DNA of 64,000 nt, from assembly GCF_009936135.1 (NCBI RefSeq), contig NZ_CP047901.1:60181-124180 (forward strand). The letters run 5' to 3'. This document shows positions 59,856 through 64,000 of this stretch, piece by piece. Numbering within the stretch: the first letter of the stretch is position 1; each line of letters begins with the position of its first letter. The notes below the pieces were generated by a model, which was not told the DNA's origin, did no database searches, and was given only the letters and a program-made list of their open reading frames with translations. A program made the translations under genes and the position numbers. Origin of the DNA: Candidatus Chazhemtobacterium aquaticus (GTDB lineage: Bacteria > Patescibacteriota > Microgenomatia > UBA1400 > Chazhemtobacteraceae).

Positions 59856-60190
59856 AGCCTACTCACCCTCATCCACGCATTTAGCAATCTCCCAATCTCA
59901 TTTATTTTCTCCGCTACTACCCCGTATTTCTTAATCGACAAAAACCCTACATCCTTGGCTACTCTCACATATACCCGAAACAAATCAAGATTTACTGAAA
60001 TCTTCTTCTGTTCCGCTCTCCGATCAGGTTTACTGTTAGCAATAACCGTTAGTCTAATCATTTCCATATTAGTTTTTAGCAAAGCATTTGATAACAAAAA
60101 CCGTTGCGCTTTAGGAAACCTCGCCACCATCCGATGGGTATACAAGTACAGGTCATATATTTTCTGAAAGATTATCAGCTGATCAATCAT
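59852..60190 (-). CDS. avd: Avd-like accessory variability determinant (four-helix-bundle, TIGR02436-like)
   Basis: 112 aa from the internal Met, with GGGGGTGAG SD-like sequence 6 nt upstream. IYDLYLYTHRMVARFPKAQRF...L pattern is typical of Avd / 23S-IVS four-helix-bundle proteins. Directly downstream of the VR-bearing gene. Converges on the RT with a 4-nt overlap. Confidence 0.65.
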   Translation of the reverse strand: MIDQLIIFQKIYDLYLYTHRMVARFPKAQRFLLSNALLKTNMEMIRLTVIANSKPDRRAEQKKISVNLDLFRVYVRVAKDVGFLSIKKYGVVAEKINEIGRLLNAWMRVSRL

Positions 60191-60215
60191 ATTTTTCTCA
60201 CCCCCCCAAACCGAA

Positions 60216-60238
60216 GGCTCCGACTCAAGGTCGGAGCC
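60216..60238 (-). promoter_or_regulatory. perfect 9-bp hairpin (ggctccgac-tcaag-gtcggagcc) downstream of the VR; candidate DGR homing hairpin and/or transcript terminator
   Basis: Located 34 nt after the VR end, between the target stop and the avd start. No U-tract follows on the transcribed strand. Confidence 0.5.
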
Positions 60239-60271
60239 AGATAACAAGATTTTAAAAGATAGCTACGCCAA

Positions 60272-60406
60272 ATTACTTAGGGGGAGACGGCGCAACGAAA
60301 GCCAATATTGCTGCGCCCAGAGTTGCCGGGCGTATTGTTCAGGCTGAGGGTGAAGACACCGGCATTGGAACCGTTGTTCCAATTGGCCCCCCGTAGGAAG
60401 GCGTAA
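60272..60406 (-). repeat. DGR variable repeat (VR), 135 bp, at the 3' end of the target gene
   Basis: See TR. Encodes ...FLRGANWNNGSNAGVFTLSLNNTPGNSGRSNIGFRCAVSP*. Differences from TR give N->S, D->G, N->R and N->S, plus 3 silent changes. Confidence 0.9.
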
Positions 60407-62667
60407 TCAATATTACTCGACCCTCCCTGATAATATCTACCCACCCTCTTATTCAAATCCCAACTACTATCACTCGGTTTCAGTACGTCATAACTTAAAA
60501 CACCATAATCACTCACACTCGACCAATCAACCCAACTTGTACCCCCTCCCACCGGCTTATTAGGCCCCCTCACCACATCATCCGTCCATTCCCATACATT
60601 ACCCGCCAGGTCCCAGATCACCTCGCCATTAGATAAATAATGAGTTCGTCTTTGGGTGGCACCATTGCCACAGGTTGGATCAACATCTTTAGTGACCGTG
60701 CCATAGCAGCCTTGGGAATCGTCAGTCGAAGCTTGAAGCGCCAGAGCCGGGCCGTTATCATTATGACCCGCCACCAAATACTGACTTCCCGGACTATTAC
60801 CACACCCTGTCCCGTTTAAAGCACACCAGTTACTCCCCAACCTCTCCAGATTTCTCGCTATCGTCATCCACTCGTTATTAGTCACCAAATGCCACCCCTG
60901 CGTCTGGCAATAAGTCCTGGCATCTACCCCCGATCCGCCAGCATTCTGAGCAATTCTGGCAATCGGTGCCCCTTGAGGCGTTGACACTACATCTCCTCCC
61001 ATATCCTCTATACATCTACACCCCGACAAAATATTTCCCCACGTATCATAACCAGTGTTGCATGACGCATAAGCACCGCTTGCCGTATCCCCCACCCCGT
61101 CACCATCAGCATCACACTTAGCCTGATACTTCATCACACAAAAATCACTCGTTCCATATAGCGGATCACCTGGTACATGAACAAAACCACTAGGACACGC
61201 CACCTGAGCATTAGCAGGCTCTAAAGACTGTGTTTTACCAAACTTAACCGCCGCACCAATTACATCCACATACACCTCGAACAAAGTACGATCATAAGCA
61301 TAAATCAGCACATCATCCATCTTACCGTTAAAGTAATTAGGCGTCGCCCCTGCTCGACCAACAAACACCGACCCCCCCGTTACCGACCATAAAGACAAAG
61401 CCGGCGATGACACCAGTCGGCCGTCTACATAAAAACTGGCATTGACCCCATCATATGACACCGCCACATTAGTCCACTCTCCCGCCGATATACCAGCCCC
61501 GCTGCTCGTCACCACCGACCCTCCCACTGGCCCGAAGCTCAACTCCCCTCCGCTCGTCATCTGGAAGGTATAACCGTTCGTGTGAGGCTGCGACACAATC
61601 GCATAATTACCCAAGGAAGACACATAAACCCAAGCCGAGATCGTCATCGCCCCGCCTAACTGAAACCGTCCGTGATTACCCAGATCAACATAGTCATCAC
61701 TTCCGTCAAAAAGTAAGGCATAATTGTCATTACCCGCTACCCACTGGCTGTTATCACTCGGGAAATTCACCAATGCCGCTCTGGTATAGTTTTCCAGCCT
61801 GTTCATCGTCTGCAAACCAGAACCATCATCAAAACCTAATCTCACTACCGGCCTGCCTCTTTCCATCGCATAAGCCAACGACCCTTCATCTCTCGTCCCT
61901 GAGAATACTCTTACTTCATCAATCGAACCGTCCAGATAACCAGTATAACTGCCAGCCCCCGTTTTTGTTACACCTAAATAAAAATCAGCCGCCGTATCAC
62001 TCAGTGCCGTCCCCACCGACGAAACACTCCCTTCTCTAACCCCATTCACATACAAATATATGGTACCCGGACTGGTTGCGTTATAGTAACCCTGCAACAA
62101 GTACCAAACATTGGGCAGTATCTGCGTCGTTCCTGTTGCTGTCTTAATCGCCGCCGCTGTCCCGTCAGGCGACACCTGGAACTTGGGCCATACCCTGCCG
62201 TCTGCATCAGCCTGAATTATCAACCGATAACTCCTTATATCAAGCGTCTCATCCCACTTGGCCACCACCGTCTGAAACGCACTCTCAGATGCTGATACCG
62301 TATCAAACTTCACCCACGCCTCTACCGAAAAACTCCCTGTCTGGGAAAATACAGCCGTGTCCAGAGCTATCCCGTAATCATCAACACCATCAAACTCAGC
62401 TTTTCTCCCATATTTGGCTTCCGCCCCAATCCCCGTCTTCGTCCCCGTCACCCCACTCCCTGTCGTTGTCAACGTCAAGTCATTAACCCCCACCCGATCC
62501 TTAATCAAAGTCGTTCCATCCCCCTGAACGCTCTCAAAATCGTAATAAACCACCGGCTCGTCCCACACACTCCAATCAGCCCACACTACCCCCGCCCAGC
62601 CCAAAAACCACCAAAAAACCAGCAAACATCCCAACACCTTCCCGATCCTATTTTTCCCACATTCCAT
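60277..62667 (-). CDS. DGR target (variable) protein: signal peptide, two LamG/concanavalin-like domains, C-terminal FGE-sulfatase/C-type-lectin-fold domain carrying the VR
   Basis: N-terminal hydrophobic MECGKNRIGKVLGCLLVFWWFLGWAGVVWA. LamG-like blocks (FSVEAWVKFD..., MTISAWVYVS...). FGE hallmark GNVWEWT, ending in GFRCAVSP with the VR in the last 43 codons. Confidence 0.85.
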   Translation of the reverse strand: MECGKNRIGKVLGCLLVFWWFLGWAGVVWADWSVWDEPVVYYDFESVQGDGTTLIKDRVGVNDLTLTTTGSGVTGTKTGIGAEAKYGRKAEFDGVDDYGIALDTAVFSQTGSFSVEAWVKFDTVSASESAFQTVVAKWDETLDIRSYRLIIQADADGRVWPKFQVSPDGTAAAIKTATGTTQILPNVWYLLQGYYNATSPGTIYLYVNGVREGSVSSVGTALSDTAADFYLGVTKTGAGSYTGYLDGSIDEVRVFSGTRDEGSLAYAMERGRPVVRLGFDDGSGLQTMNRLENYTRAALVNFPSDNSQWVAGNDNYALLFDGSDDYVDLGNHGRFQLGGAMTISAWVYVSSLGNYAIVSQPHTNGYTFQMTSGGELSFGPVGGSVVTSSGAGISAGEWTNVAVSYDGVNASFYVDGRLVSSPALSLWSVTGGSVFVGRAGATPNYFNGKMDDVLIYAYDRTLFEVYVDVIGAAVKFGKTQSLEPANAQVACPSGFVHVPGDPLYGTSDFCVMKYQAKCDADGDGVGDTASGAYASCNTGYDTWGNILSGCRCIEDMGGDVVSTPQGAPIARIAQNAGGSGVDARTYCQTQGWHLVTNNEWMTIARNLERLGSNWCALNGTGCGNSPGSQYLVAGHNDNGPALALQASTDDSQGCYGTVTKDVDPTCGNGATQRRTHYLSNGEVIWDLAGNVWEWTDDVVRGPNKPVGGGTSWVDWSSVSDYGVLSYDVLKPSDSSWDLNKRVGRYYQGGSSNIDYAFLRGANWNNGSNAGVFTLSLNNTPGNSGRSNIGFRCAVSP

Positions 62668-62695
62668 CTCTATTTAAGTATATCACCGCCGACCA

Positions 62696-63046
62696 TCACT
62701 CCACCAACGCCCTAATCGCAGACAAAGGCAACAACACACATTTCATTCTCGCTGGATTTACCTCTCCCATTAACTCAACCACCACCCTCCCATCAAGCTC
62801 TCTCACCTCATCAACCTTCATACCCTTAACCTTATCACTTAACATTGAGGCTGCTGCCGTTGATAATGCACACCCCACCCCTTTAAACCGAATATCTCTG
62901 ATCACTCCTCCATCCACCTTAGCGTAAAACTCAACCATATCTCCACACGTTGCATTACTCTGCTTACTTCTTTTATTAGCCCCTTTAAGATCACCAAAAT
63001 TCCTTGGATTTCTGGCATGATCAATAATTTCTTCTGAGTACTCCAT
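62696..63046 (-). CDS. sufU: SufU/IscU-type Fe-S cluster scaffold (NifU N-terminal domain family)
   Basis: DHARNPRNFG, ATCGDMVEF and GVGCALSTAAASM conserved Cys contexts. Confidence 0.85.
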   Translation of the reverse strand: MEYSEEIIDHARNPRNFGDLKGANKRSKQSNATCGDMVEFYAKVDGGVIRDIRFKGVGCALSTAAASMLSDKVKGMKVDEVRELDGRVVVELMGEVNPARMKCVLLPLSAIRALVE

Positions 63047-64000
63047 TATCTTTTCCGAAATACTTTTTTAACCTCAACCAACTTATCAATCAAGTAATCA
63101 ATCTCAGCCCTAGTGTTATACACATAAACACTCGCCCTTGCTACTGCCATCTCTCCTAGACTCTCAACCACTGGAGCTCCACAATGCTGACCGCTCCTAA
63201 TCGCAATTCCAAAACCATCCAACACCTGCGCCGTATCATGAGCATGTATACCTGGCAAGTTAAAGGTAACCACCCCTGCTCGTTTTTTATAATCCCCCGT
63301 GCCATACACCTCTGCCTTACCCTTTATTTTCTCTAAAGCATAAGCCACCAGATCCTGCTCATGCTTCCATACCTCATTCATTCCCAAATCTTCTAGATAA
63401 TCGACCGCCGCCCCCAGTCCCACCATTCCTGCCATATTAGGAGTCCCCGCCTCAAATTTCCATGGCAACTCGTTCCACTCACTCTTACCAAGCTCAACCT
63501 GTCCAATCATGTCCCCACCATACAAAAACGGTGGCATCTCCTCTAGTATCTCCCGCCTACCCCACAACACCCCTATTCCCGTTGGCCCCAACATTTTATG
63601 TCCAGAAAACACCAACCAATCAACTCCCATTTTCCCAACCTCAGTCTTCATCACTGGCACACTCTGAGAACCGTCTATCAAGATCTTTGCCTTTGTTTTT
63701 GCCCGAACCATCTTAACGATTTTCTCAAGCGGATTTACCGTTCCTAGCACATTTGATACCGCTGTTATCGCCACCAGTTTCGTTTTCCCTCCCAAAGTCT
63801 GCTCTAAACTCATTACTCTCACTCCTTGAAACTCCCTCTTCTCTCCTCCTCTCATCCTTATCTCACCCCCCTCATCTACATCCACCACCCGCAATACTGC
63901 TCCCTTTTTCTGGCACAACATCTGCCAAGTTACTAAGTTAGAATGATGTTCCATCAAAGACACCACCACCTCATCTCCTTTACCAATATTTTTCTCCCCC
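63046..64000 (-). CDS. sufS: cysteine desulfurase (SufS/NifS class V aminotransferase), N-terminus outside the window
   Basis: The reading frame stays open to the window edge (…GEKNIGKGDEVVVSLMEHHSNLVTWQ…). PLP-Lys context FSGHKMLGPTGIG and active-site Cys loop RSGQHCGAP. Stop overlaps the sufU start. Confidence 0.85.
   Translation of the reverse strand, partial: GEKNIGKGDEVVVSLMEHHSNLVTWQMLCQKKGAVLRVVDVDEGGEIRMRGGEKREFQGVRVMSLEQTLGGKTKLVAITAVSNVLGTVNPLEKIVKMVRAKTKAKILIDGSQSVPVMKTEVGKMGVDWLVFSGHKMLGPTGIGVLWGRREILEEMPPFLYGGDMIGQVELGKSEWNELPWKFEAGTPNMAGMVGLGAAVDYLEDLGMNEVWKHEQDLVAYALEKIKGKAEVYGTGDYKKRAGVVTFNLPGIHAHDTAQVLDGFGIAIRSGQHCGAPVVESLGEMAVARASVYVYNTRAEIDYLIDKLVEVKKVFRKR

Larger units (their letters stand above)
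58423..62667. mobile_element. diversity-generating retroelement cassette (TR - RT, convergent with target - VR - hairpin - avd)
   Basis: Combination of the TR/VR pair with A-only mismatches, a DGR-type RT, Avd, and an FGE/CLec-fold target. Confidence 0.85.

Noticed and set aside
60191-60247. Longer Avd ORF start at 60247 (MLSGSDLESEPSVWGGEKN...).
   Set aside because: This N-terminal extension is the translation of the perfect hairpin. The internal Met at 60190 has a G-rich SD-like sequence and gives a typical ~112-aa Avd.
1-64000. CRISPR arrays, rRNA genes, additional tandem or inverted repeats.
   Set aside because: No spaced direct repeats of 25-40 bp and no rRNA-like conserved blocks were seen. 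Apart from the TR/VR pair, the only nucleotide-level repeats noted are the short hairpins listed.

Overview
This 64-kb window looks like a chromosomal segment of a small-genome bacterium with moderately low GC. I hand-counted roughly 40-45% GC in three 60-nt samples and ran no database search. The gene content resembles Patescibacteria/CPR-like genomes, but this is inference only. Evidence for that: split transketolase, a monomeric B12-dependent ribonucleotide reductase with its regulator NrdR, an ATP-dependent DNA ligase, many small hypothetical membrane proteins, and a diversity-generating retroelement (DGR) whose target has a formylglycine-generating-enzyme (FGE)-type C-terminus.

About 45 of roughly 70 coding sequences lie on the minus strand. 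The plus strand is C- and A-rich and G-poor across the whole window, whichever strand the local gene is on.

Housekeeping genes identified from conserved motifs:
- a polyprenyl diphosphate synthase and undecaprenyl diphosphate synthase (UppS)
- GalU, peptidyl-tRNA hydrolase, QueA, RecF, Fpg/MutM, uracil-DNA glycosylase, FtsH, TrpS
- a Ca2+ P-type ATPase next to a Ca2+/cation antiporter
- two tandem class-A penicillin-binding proteins flanking a GH18 hydrolase
- a non-oxidative pentose-phosphate block (DhnA-type aldolase, split transketolase, Rpe, RpiB)
- a ferredoxin/ferredoxin-NADP reductase/DsbA block
- a SufS-SufU iron-sulfur assembly pair
- an NrdR-NrdJ-cobalamin adenosyltransferase operon

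RNA genes: a tRNA with a CAT anticodon (minus strand, 28593-28666) and a probable tmRNA (plus strand, about 28879-29134). The tmRNA candidate has a consensus sigma70-like promoter and is directly followed by a Xer-type tyrosine recombinase and a VirD4/TraG-like coupling ATPase.

The main finding is a complete DGR at 58.4-62.7 kb:
- A 135-bp template repeat (TR, 58423-58557) lies upstream of a reverse transcriptase that carries the DGR-type IGxxxSQ motif and a YMDD box.
- A convergent 796-aa secreted target protein ends in an FGE/C-type-lectin-like domain that contains a 135-bp variable repeat (VR, 60272-60406).
- VR differs from TR at 8 positions, and every one of those is an adenine in TR. 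TR carries AAC codons where VR has AGC or CGC.
- A 112-aa Avd-like four-helix-bundle gene and a perfect 9-bp hairpin lie just downstream of the VR.
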